DNA of 41,458 nt, from the NCBI GenBank assembly GCA_003164415.1, contig PLTK01000083.1, forward strand, positions 1-41,458, written 5' to 3'. A program made the position numbers and the translations under genes. The stretch comes from Methanobacterium sp. GTDB taxonomy: Archaea > Methanobacteriota > Methanobacteria > Methanobacteriales > Methanobacteriaceae. Of the stretch, positions 31,240-40,529 are shown one piece after another; positions within the stretch are counted from its first letter, which is position 1, and every line of letters begins with the position of its first letter. The notes below the pieces were generated by a model, which was not told where the DNA came from, searched no databases, and worked only from the letters and a program-made list of their open reading frames with translations.

Positions 31240-31867
31240 TATAAAACATCTCCCTAGAATTTTATATTATTTAGGTTAAGAATTAATTATTTTTACAATT
31301 GAAATATTAATGTACATTCTTTATTATTCAGATTTCAATTTGTTGAAATCTTATTTAATGTTTTATGTTATGAAAAATAATCATTTAGTACATCTTTTTC
31401 TAATGAATGTTAAGGATCCATTATTCATAGAACTGGCCAATAATCTATAATGACCGCCGAATCCTACAGAACTAGGGGTAACCACTATTTATAATAGCCA
31501 TCATTTTAATGGGTAGAGCTAAAGAAGAAACAATCATCAACCTTAGAATTTAATTAAAAAAAATGTAATTAATCTCATATCTGATTTTTATCGTCATTAA
31601 TTTATAATCTAATAATTTAGCTTTTAGTTTTCAATATTAAACAAGTAAGAATTTAAAATATATGTAGAGATTTTAGAATTCCTAATATGTTTTAATTAGA
31701 TTGATAATAATAGTATGGATAATAATATATATGTATTTAATATAATTGCATTTCTTTTTATCTAAAGGCGAACATATCAATATTATCTGATATAAACATT
31801 AGCAGAAAGTTTTATATTTTAAAATAAAAGCATTATAAGCTATATTTTAAGTTGAGGGTAACAGAAA

Positions 31868-32548
31868 ATGAGAATTTTAAATTTTAATATTCGTTTTGGT
31901 GGGGAGAAAAGAACCTCAAAAATAGTTGATTACCTGTTAAATAATGATTTTGACATGATTGTACTTACAGAATTTGTTAAAAATGATAACGGTCAAGAGA
32001 TTATAACTAAATTAGTTGAAAAGGGTTATAAAACCCAACCGTCCAATGAAAACGGTGAATTAGGTTCTTTTATTGCATGTAAAGAGACTTTTATAACTAA
32101 AAATATAGAGGACAGATGGGTGGAAGTATACATTCCAAAGATGGATCTTAACGTACTAGGAGTTTACGTGCCTGATCAAGCCGGGACAGAGAAGGATCTT
32201 TTCTGGAAGAAAATTTTAGATTATGCAGAGGAGAATGTAGATAAAAAAGTATTGATAACTGGTGATTTTAACAGTTGCACTAAAGAAGATTCTGGCAATC
32301 AAACAGAATACAATGCTAAGGATTTATTGAAACTTAGTGAATTAGGATACATTGATCTTTGGAAATACAATTCAACAACAGAGTCTATGGGATATACTTG
32401 GTTCCACTATTCAGGAACTGGGTTCAGATTGGATTATGCCTTCGTTTCATCAAAGCTAGCAGTAACTTTAGAAGATGTATCGGTTTACTCAGATTCTCAA
32501 ATAAGAGAATCAAAAATATCAGATCATTCCCCGCTGGTTGTTATATAA
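31868..32548 (+). CDS. Endonuclease/exonuclease/phosphatase (ExoIII-like) family protein
   Basis: FNI, LTE, VYVP, GDFN, YTW, RLDY and SDHSP catalytic motifs. Confidence 0.92.
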   Translation: MRILNFNIRFGGEKRTSKIVDYLLNNDFDMIVLTEFVKNDNGQEIITKLVEKGYKTQPSNENGELGSFIACKETFITKNIEDRWVEVYIPKMDLNVLGVYVPDQAGTEKDLFWKKILDYAEENVDKKVLITGDFNSCTKEDSGNQTEYNAKDLLKLSELGYIDLWKYNSTTESMGYTWFHYSGTGFRLDYAFVSSKLAVTLEDVSVYSDSQIRESKISDHSPLVVI

Positions 32549-32557
32549 AAAAGGTAA

Positions 32558-33205
32558 TTAAAAATTATTATTTGTTCCTTTTTTTACCAGATTTATGAGG
32601 AATTTTATTATCATCTCGATAGGTAACATGATAATATACACTGTTTGAGAGTATTGGGGAATTACATAAGAGAGTCCTATAGCTGTTATTGCCACTAATA
32701 TAAAGGAAAGGTTAACAATCTTAGTAAATGTTATTTCTTCGTTGGAAATTTTTTCATGGATAAAATTTTTATGATCAGCATAATGCCAGTTTAAATACAG
32801 TAGAACTGCAATTCCAAGCATGTTAATGTTGAATATAACATTAGCAATAGTAAATGCCCCATAATCACCTGTTAAAGTCGCTGAAAAAGGAACTAAGACA
32901 ATAAATAATAACCATATAACATTTATCCACAGTAAAGTACCATTCATTTTATTTATCTGTTTGAAAATTCGATGATGAATTTTCCAGAAAACTGCAAGCA
33001 AAATAAAACTCACCACTAACGAAATGAAGTTTGGTATAATGCTAATAAGAGCAGTTTCTACACTTGCATTCGTTATCGGAGGACGTATTACAGGAACAGC
33101 TAATCCTAAAACCAGCAAAGTCATGGCTATAGCAAAAATTCCATCTACTAGTGTTTCAAGACGTTTAGTGTCCATATATTGACTAAAACTTTCAGATTCA
33201 TCCAT
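32558..33205 (-). CDS. TMEM175 (DUF1211) family K+ channel
   Basis: [23 protein letters not shown] and LVPFSATL; 6 TM. Confidence 0.92.
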   Translation of the reverse strand: MDESESFSQYMDTKRLETLVDGIFAIAMTLLVLGLAVPVIRPPITNASVETALISIIPNFISLVVSFILLAVFWKIHHRIFKQINKMNGTLLWINVIWLLFIVLVPFSATLTGDYGAFTIANVIFNINMLGIAVLLYLNWHYADHKNFIHEKISNEEITFTKIVNLSFILVAITAIGLSYVIPQYSQTVYIIMLPIEMIIKFLINLVKKGTNNNF

Positions 33206-33555
33206 TTTAATTTAATCCCCATATAATTGTAAACATAACATATAATCAAATTATTATCAACCTAAATATCTGCCCATACCAAGTATTATTATTAATCATT
33301 ATTCCTTCCATTTCATTTATAAAGTTTTGTTCATTAACAGTGCTAATTTTAAGGGTTATAAAATGATATGTATAGGAAACCAATTCAACCAACAGAAAAA
33401 ATCGTATTAGCAGAATAAATTTCTTCATAAAATATAGTTTTTAAATTAAATAATCCTTGTTTAATAAAAATTAAATCAAATCTTCCAATATAATAACCCC
33501 CCCCTCAGTTTATAACATTAAACATGAAATAATTTGATAAAAAATATTTGTAGTA

Positions 33556-33840
33556 ATGGATGATAATATAAATATAATAAAATACACGAGTAGAATATTT
33601 GAGGAATCATATATGGACCAATTTGAACTATATCTCCTGATGGAAAAAATAAAAAAAATACCGTTAGAAGCAGCAGAAATAGAAGAATTAAATCAAACAC
33701 CAGAAGTACAGTCAACAATGAACCAAATGGGATTGATTTTCAGACCTGTTGAAGATTTTAACGAAACACTAACACGTATAATAGAAAATTTAAAGGAAAA
33801 CCCCGATATATTAACTTTAGGTAAACTATTTGAAAATTAA
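33556..33840 (+). CDS. Hypothetical acidic protein
   Basis: Open frame; likely start at the internal MDQFE after a GAGGA RBS (about 33613). Confidence 0.6.
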   Translation: MDDNINIIKYTSRIFEESYMDQFELYLLMEKIKKIPLEAAEIEELNQTPEVQSTMNQMGLIFRPVEDFNETLTRIIENLKENPDILTLGKLFEN

Positions 33841-33907
33841 GTTATAGAAATAAAGTTTTTGAATGAATATAATGTTTCAACAGTATTTGAAGTTAATTGG
33901 AGGCAAT

Positions 33908-34087
33908 ATGACCATATACTATGGATCAAAGGAAGTTAAAATAATTCAAGATCTTGAAGGGGAAGATGTAAGAGTTCAATATGATGATATAGTGATGGAT
34001 GTACCAATTATTGAATTAGAAGCTGATGGAGGAATTAAAGAAGTTCATGATGTTGTTCATGAATTAAAAAGACAAAATAAGATTTGA
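33908..34087 (+). CDS. Small hypothetical protein (59 aa)
   Basis: GGAGG RBS before ATG 33908; MTIYYGSKEVKII...ADGGIKEV. Confidence 0.65.
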   Translation: MTIYYGSKEVKIIQDLEGEDVRVQYDDIVMDVPIIELEADGGIKEVHDVVHELKRQNKI

Positions 34088-34397
34088 ATAATATTATTTT
34101 TATTCAAAATTAGTTAGATGTAAATATTTATCTAGATATCATCATATCAAGACTACGACAAATTTTTATTTAACTCATATAGGTTTAAGATTATATATCT
34201 TGAAATTCAAAATTATATAATATATTATTGTAAAATTTTTTAATTAAATAAAAATCAGTACAATAATAGATGGTTAGAACTGTAATAACACCTTTAAATA
34301 TAACTTAGAAGGTTATAATGAAAAGTCTTTCAAATGAATCAAAAAATTACCTGGAATTTATTAATAAAAATATATTTAATAATCGAGGTCTAAAAAA

Positions 34398-35528
34398 ATG
34401 GTTGTTAAAGGATTGTATGTAATTGAAAATTATCCATTTCCAGATTTTAAGGAACTGGAAATCAGGGGATTAACACATGTATTTTATTCGGACAGTTTTT
34501 TACTGAATAATTATAATACATGTAAAAACAATGTCAACGCTTTAATAGATGAAATGAAGGGAACAAAACTTGAATTGCACATTAATATAAATGCTTTTAA
34601 AGCCTCGGACCAATCCTCACTAGTTGATCCGGAGAATATGGATCATCGAAACAAGTTACAAACTGCTTTAACCCAATTATTATTGGATATACCAAAAATA
34701 GATGGGGTTATATTTGATGATTTCCATTGGCATATGTGGAGTGGCTACGATGTAAATCAACAGGCAGATATACTCTCTGAATTTGCTAAACAGATGGCAA
34801 CAGCAATTCATGATGTTGATCCATCTAAGAAACTATCTGCAGCAATACTCTGGACGTCTCCAACAATTAATTTAACAGCTGCTGAAGTGGATTATGTGAT
34901 GCCCAAAATATATCCCTCAAACAGTTCAGAAACAGCACTTTCTACAGCAATCAAGAATGTATTAGATGAAATTGACAATACCAAAATGGTTGTTAATTTA
35001 ATAACATACGATCCATCTGTAAAGTTGATTCCAAGAAGTTTATCATCTATTTATAATGAAATATCAACCATTATAAAAATTAACGGACCAAATTACAGTT
35101 TATATGCATCGCCATGGATCCCATATGGATTAGGATTTCCATCAGAAGACTATTCATTCACTGAGGTTAACGTGAATCTGAGTTTGGTCTCCCAACATAA
35201 GACAATATCCGAAAAATCAAGTAGAATAATAACCATAAGCTTTCTAGACCAAGATAATAACCCATTATCAGACGATCTTTTAAGTACTATTGTTGGAAAG
35301 TATAAAATAATTGATCAATCAACTGGAAAAGTTATAAAGGATTTTACAACCTTTATTCCAGATAGCTCAATCTTTGAACTAAACCTGTCAAGTGACGATA
35401 ATAGAATCATAAATCCCGATGTTTCCCAAGAAAATCATATAATTACAGTATCGGCTGTTTATGGTGATGGTAAAATAGAAAATGAAGAATTATCAGTAAC
35501 CATTATGAATTTAATGGGAATAAATTAG
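34398..35528 (+). CDS. Two-domain protein: glycoside-hydrolase-like TIM barrel plus C-terminal beta-rich domain
   Basis: GLTHVF, LELHINI, IDGVIFDDF, KLSAA and VDYVMPKIY barrel-strand pattern; distinct about 105-aa C-terminal domain; GAGGT RBS. Confidence 0.6.
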   Translation: MVVKGLYVIENYPFPDFKELEIRGLTHVFYSDSFLLNNYNTCKNNVNALIDEMKGTKLELHININAFKASDQSSLVDPENMDHRNKLQTALTQLLLDIPKIDGVIFDDFHWHMWSGYDVNQQADILSEFAKQMATAIHDVDPSKKLSAAILWTSPTINLTAAEVDYVMPKIYPSNSSETALSTAIKNVLDEIDNTKMVVNLITYDPSVKLIPRSLSSIYNEISTIIKINGPNYSLYASPWIPYGLGFPSEDYSFTEVNVNLSLVSQHKTISEKSSRIITISFLDQDNNPLSDDLLSTIVGKYKIIDQSTGKVIKDFTTFIPDSSIFELNLSSDDNRIINPDVSQENHIITVSAVYGDGKIENEELSVTIMNLMGIN

Positions 35529-35578
35529 GAGTTTAAATATTTAAAAATGAATTATTAAATAGTTACTATTTTTTTTTA

Positions 35579-36352
35579 TTAATTTATTTTTTTGGTAACC
35601 CACAGGATCATATTAGATAAAAGTTGTGGGTTTTCTGGATCCATCTCAGGATGTGGGCCACTTAAAATTACCCTTCCAGATCCATATGCTTCTCCAATTA
35701 TGGCAGGATAGTTAATATAACCCGTATTGTTATCTGCAAATGTAGCCATTATTACCTGAGAATTGTTAGTTGTCATAGCCGGACCACTATCCATATGTAT
35801 ATTGGTTAAAGAACTGTTCAGTATTTTATTTCCAAATGATGTTGATGATATTTGTAGTTGTCCTTCATAACCTTCACTTATAGTGTTTACATCGGGTGCC
35901 AGACCCCATCCTGCCTGTTGTCCTGTTATATAGTTAGATCCAGCATAAGCTCCTGCACATATACCAATATAAGCATTACCATTTGAAACAAATTGTTTTA
36001 TTGAATTTCCATCAATTTCATCGTTAGATAAATAGTCTGCTGCTTCACCACCAGGCATTATTAATACATTGTATCCCGTTAGAATATTTGAGTTTATTAC
36101 ACTACTGGTATTGTATACAAATTTATTATTTGAACTTATGTTTTGGTTGTTACTATCGTTCAGTGTGTCTTCAATACCTTCTACACTGCTTCCCATTACA
36201 CCATTACCATTGTATATTAATACTTTTGTAACAGAGCTTACGCTACTATTATTTGATTCTTTGTGGGCTAATAAATTGTCCATACCTGAAACAAATACAA
36301 CTAATAAAATTATAGCTAAAAAGACTAAGATAGTTTTATTCCTGATCTACAT
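35579..36352 (-). pseudogene. BPL-N/class I glutamine-amidotransferase-like protein with a premature TAG at codon 2
   Basis: AGGGGG RBS, ATG TAG, then in-frame IRNKTILVFLAIILLVVFVSG joining ORF 35579..36283; motifs MPGG, YIGICAGAY, GPHPE. Confidence 0.75.
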
Positions 36353-36603
36353 ATCCCCCTGAGATATTAGTAAACTTTTATTTATATATACCTCGATTAA
36401 TATATAATTTCTCTACAAATTTGGTGTTATTGATATTTAAAAGCAAATAAATTAAAAGAAATATTAATTATGTAGATATTATTATGATTGAACTGAGCCA
36501 AAAATTAAATTCTTTTTTAGGGATACTAAAATAAAATATTTATAATGTAATATATTTAAAGTCAATTTCATGTTATAATTACTCGAACAATTGGTTGAAA
36601 GTA

Positions 36604-36976
36604 TCAGAATTTAGATATATTTAGATCTTCTAACAGATGTTTGAATTTATTTTTTGTAATTTTAGCTGTGAATCCTCCAATAAGCATTAAAATCCAGGTA
36701 TAATCAAAAATGCAACTAAATTCAGTGACCTGAACCATATAATTTATCTATAAATAATTGATGGACAATTAGTATCATTGATACTCCTATCCCTGCAATT
36801 AAAGCTAATCTAGATTTTTTAATATTAGATATGTAAGTAGTTATATGACCTCCAACAGTAGAATACCCGCAAATATATAGGTTAAATCGGTTGCATTATT
36901 CGAATTAACCATTGTTACCAAAAAAAAGACCTATAACTGTTCCTAGCCCTAATAAAATACTGTATCTACTTTTCAT
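36604..36976 (-). pseudogene. Degraded small membrane protein gene (about 4 frameshifts) downstream of dedA
   Basis: Stitched frames give MKSRYSILLGLGTVIGLF/LVTMVNSNNATDLTYIFAGIL/VGGHITTYISNIKKSRLALIAGIGVSMILIVHQLFIDK/IWFRSLNLVAFLIIPGF/LMLIGGFTAKITKNKF; ATG overlaps the dedA stop region. Confidence 0.6.
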
Positions 36977-37619
36977 TGTTATTCCTTCTTGTGATATTTT
37001 TAAGTTTAGATTTTCCAACGTATTTATAAATTAGATAGATAATTATTCCTAGAATTCCTATTTCAATGATTATATCCAGTATATGAAAATATCCCTGAAT
37101 TATTCCCCAGTTTGGTCCTAGTTTAGTTCCGATATATCCCAAAGCAAAACTCCAGGGTAATGAACCAATAAATGTGTATGCCACGAACTTTTTAAGGTCC
37201 ATATGAGCTATTCCGGCGGGTAACGAAATGAATGTGCGTATGATTGGTAGGAATCTGCTTATTAAAACAGCTTCTCCACCGTATTTAAAAAACCATTTAT
37301 CTGCGAGTTCAAGTTTACTGTGTGTAATGAGGAGATATTTACCATATTTCTCTAATAATGGTCTTCCTCCCTTTAAACCTATAGAATATGCTATGAGGGA
37401 TCCTACAAGGTTACCAAATGCACCTACAATTGTTATTCCAATTAATGTCATGTTGGTGTTGCCCTGCCATACTACAAATCCACTAAAGGGCATTATAATT
37501 TCGCTTGGAATTGGGATACATGCACTTTCAAGTATCATTCCAATAAAAACTCCCCAGTAACCAAGATTACCAATTAAATTAATAACAAAATTACTAACAG
37601 ATCCAACTAGGCTAATCAT
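36966..37619 (-). CDS. dedA: DedA family membrane protein
   Basis: LESACIPIPSEIIMPFSG, GNLVGSLIAY, SRFLPIIRTFISLPAG. Confidence 0.95.
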   Translation of the reverse strand: MISLVGSVSNFVINLIGNLGYWGVFIGMILESACIPIPSEIIMPFSGFVVWQGNTNMTLIGITIVGAFGNLVGSLIAYSIGLKGGRPLLEKYGKYLLITHSKLELADKWFFKYGGEAVLISRFLPIIRTFISLPAGIAHMDLKKFVAYTFIGSLPWSFALGYIGTKLGPNWGIIQGYFHILDIIIEIGILGIIIYLIYKYVGKSKLKNITRRNNNEK

Positions 37620-37652
37620 ATAGAAATATCCTCCAATACATATTTATCGTCC

Positions 37653-38228
37653 CTATCCCGTTAATTTACCATAAATTTGTTTGATCAAATTGTTTAATGG
37701 GTTAAATCTTTCTTTAAAATAGAAGATTAGTACTGAACTTATTATAGCAACGACAACCGAACCGAAAATGTCGAATGGGAAATGTATCCCGCTGAACACC
37801 CTTGCAAACCCCCCAACAAGACCGAGTATTAAAATTATCAAACCGTAAAACCTTGTTTCCTTGAAATATATTAACATCAAGGCAATAGAAACCATTAATG
37901 TGGTGTGATCAGATGGGAATGAACTATCTGTTTGATATTGAAACAGCTGAGTTCCCAAATGCAACATTGAAGGTCGAGGATGAAAATAGACCAGACCAAT
38001 CAGATAATTTATTATAAGTCCAACTATACCTGCGTAAACACTGTAAAGCAAAATCGCATGTGTACTGTCGCCTTTCCTAATCCAAAGATACACCAAGAAC
38101 AGAATTACCACTACAGGCATATATTCTGCTGCTAATACAGCTATTGAGTCAAAAATTGGATTTATACCAGCATATTGATTTATTAATTGGAATAGGGCGA
38201 TGTTTATTTGTTCTATCATAAAATTCAA
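37653..38228 (-). CDS. PAP2-family undecaprenyl-diphosphatase (BcrC-like)
   Basis: YFHPRP, SFPSDHT and ARVFSGIHFPFDI phosphatase motifs; likely start is MIEQ a few codons in. Confidence 0.9.
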   Translation of the reverse strand: MNFMIEQINIALFQLINQYAGINPIFDSIAVLAAEYMPVVVILFLVYLWIRKGDSTHAILLYSVYAGIVGLIINYLIGLVYFHPRPSMLHLGTQLFQYQTDSSFPSDHTTLMVSIALMLIYFKETRFYGLIILILGLVGGFARVFSGIHFPFDIFGSVVVAIISSVLIFYFKERFNPLNNLIKQIYGKLTG

Positions 38229-38575
38229 CTTCGATAAGTTTTACAAGATTAATCCTTTATATATAACTCTATAAATTATCTAAAATGTTGGAATACAAAT
38301 TATAAACCATATAAATTTCAGAAATTTAGAATAGCGTTATATATACACTTCGTGGATTATAATATGACAATTTATATTTAAGTATTTATGCCGGAGTTAC
38401 ACCCCAATCTAACCCGACTCGAACTGCCGTGAATATATTTTTATAATGAAAATGTAAAAATTAAACTGTAATTCGTATCAATTGGGGTGAAATGAACTAT
38501 ATATAGAATGATAATCTGTGGAAAATAATTCATTATTTTATAATTTTGAATAAAAAAAATTATATGGGAAGATAC

Positions 38576-38905
38576 TTAATCCCACGTTATTTTAAAAAGG
38601 ATTATCAATGCAACTAATTGAGCTAAAGTAACTAAAAGTAGGATTGAATAAATTTCAGCTCCACCTATTTCATGAATTTCAATACCTAAAAGTAAAAATA
38701 CTGCTAAAGCTATTATTGCGAGTATATTCTGGATTAATAGAATCAATGCAAAATATAGGAGTCCTATAGTAAATTTGGATTTTAATTGTTTGTAACTGTT
38801 CCAGTAGAAATATAATAATCCTGATAATATACCTACGTTTGCAATTCCAATTATGATGGATGCAGAAATTATTATCCTGTTTAAAAATGCTAATTCTAAC
38901 GTCAT
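38576..38905 (-). CDS. Small 3-TM membrane protein, partner of the wHTH regulator (intact copy)
   Basis: GIANVGILSGLLYFYWNSYKQLKSKFTIGLLYFALILLIQN...FKITWD; paralog of 15071..15375. Confidence 0.85.
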   Translation of the reverse strand: MTLELAFLNRIIISASIIIGIANVGILSGLLYFYWNSYKQLKSKFTIGLLYFALILLIQNILAIIALAVFLLLGIEIHEIGGAEIYSILLLVTLAQLVALIILFKITWD

Positions 38906-38942
38906 TTTTACCTCTATATCTTAATATATACTTCAAAAATAT

Positions 38943-39233
38943 CTATTTTTCTATAAAATTATCCCATATTTCTTGGAAAATACCATAATTATTCTCAACT
39001 TCATCTGTGAGAAAATATAATTTACTATAAGAATCTCCGGTAGGTTTTATCACATTATTTTCTTCTAAAATTTTAATATGATGCCTAATAGTTTTATAAT
39101 CTAGATCCAACTCTTTTGAAAGTTGATGGGCGTTGTATGGTCTCTCATTGAGCTTCTTAATAATTCTGGCACGATTAATTCCCCCTCGTTTACCAGTTAT
39201 CAGCCACCAGAGCAGTTTCTCCAAATGTTTCAT
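38943..39233 (-). CDS. Small ArsR-like winged-helix transcription regulator (copy 2)
   Basis: LLWWLITGKRGGINRARII...PYNAHQLS...YKTIRHHIKILE...YSKLYFL. Confidence 0.9.
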   Translation of the reverse strand: MKHLEKLLWWLITGKRGGINRARIIKKLNERPYNAHQLSKELDLDYKTIRHHIKILEENNVIKPTGDSYSKLYFLTDEVENNYGIFQEIWDNFIEK

Positions 39234-39608
39234 ATACTCATCCTAGATTTATAAAAAGGTTACTTTGTAAACTAATTTATGGTCCATAACACATTAAAAG
39301 ATACCTTTAACTATCAAATACAAAACCAGATATAATATGTGTAGAACATTGATTTATTATTCGGGTATATGATCCGAAAAATTTTTACTAAAATTCAAAA
39401 GTCTAATTCTTCTATAAATTAAATTCTCCGAATTAATATTGTTTATTATCAATTATGATTCTCATTAATCCATTAATCCATGATTATAGGACGGTATATG
39501 AGGATTTAAATTAGAAAATTTTGTATTAAAAAAAAAAAGATTTTAAATCAATAAATTAATTATCGAAATAGCTATTTTAACTGGTTAATACGGGTAGAAA
39601 TAATGATT

Positions 39609-40007
39609 TTAGCTTTCCTTAAATTTTTTCTGTTTGTAAATGGCCATCTGTATGGCTGCATGAAGTCCAACACTATCAAAGGGTTTGGTTATGTAACCCG
39701 CCGGTTGTGTTAATGATGCTCTTTTTAATATTTCATCATCATAATAGGCTGTTAAATATATGAATGGGACGGAGTAAAGTTCACTTATCTGTTGTGCTGT
39801 TTCAATTCCATCCACCTCACCTGTAAGTATTATATCCATTAAAATTAGATCGGGTTTTATTTCACCTGTTTTTTTCAGAGCGTCATTACCATTGCCTGAA
39901 ATACCAATCACTTCGTAACCCAAATCTTCTAATCGTTGCTTAATATCATCAGCAACTATGCGTTCATTTTCAACAATTAAAATCTTCGGACTTAACAATC
40001 GTATCAC
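39609..40007 (-). CDS. Stand-alone response regulator receiver domain
   Basis: ILIVENE, PDLILMDI (phospho-Asp), DGIE, YLTA, KPF. Confidence 0.92.
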   Translation of the reverse strand: MIRLLSPKILIVENERIVADDIKQRLEDLGYEVIGISGNGNDALKKTGEIKPDLILMDIILTGEVDGIETAQQISELYSVPFIYLTAYYDDEILKRASLTQPAGYITKPFDSVGLHAAIQMAIYKQKKFKES

Positions 40008-40529
40008 ATCTTAAAATGTAGTTGGACAAAAATTTTCTAAATATTAATTATGTAAATTATTAGATATCAATTTATAGATCAAATGTCTCGCAAATTAGAT
40101 ATAAATTAACATTTTATAATGAAACAATTAATTTACCGGGAGAATAAATACAATAAATCAGAATCAAACCAAATTTTAAAAAATTATGAAGTAATATGTT
40201 TCTGTACAACATTTAAAATGGTTTAATATATATAAAAATTGTATTAAAATACGATTCAAATCTCTTTAAATAATAAAATATAAGATAGTTACATTACAAA
40301 AAATAAGTATTAAATTTTAGATCACATTAAAAATTCAAATTAAAATATGTTATTTTTATATCTAAACAGTCAATAGGGGCCAATCATACTATGGTCTTTA
40401 AATAAACAGCATTAAACCCTATAAAATAGAAATATTGACCATAATATTTAACAATTTTATGGATAGGTAAATATTTTTAAGGGTTTTTGGATAACACATT
40501 TAAAATAAAAAAAATAGGGGGATTTTTAT

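Noticed and set aside
31380-31555. Slightly GC-richer patch with short broken frames on both strands
   Set aside because: No coherent ORF, repeat or stable fold identified by eye
33246-33428. 60-aa minus-strand ORF with a signal-peptide-like start
   Set aside because: No RBS or motif; could be a remnant but is unsupported
21872-36352. Pyrrolysine/amber recoding suggested by methyltransferase genes and the ATG-TAG gene
   Set aside because: Methanol MtaB does not use Pyl, no pyl or methylamine methyltransferase genes are present here, and TAG ends mtaB and mtaC at the expected lengths
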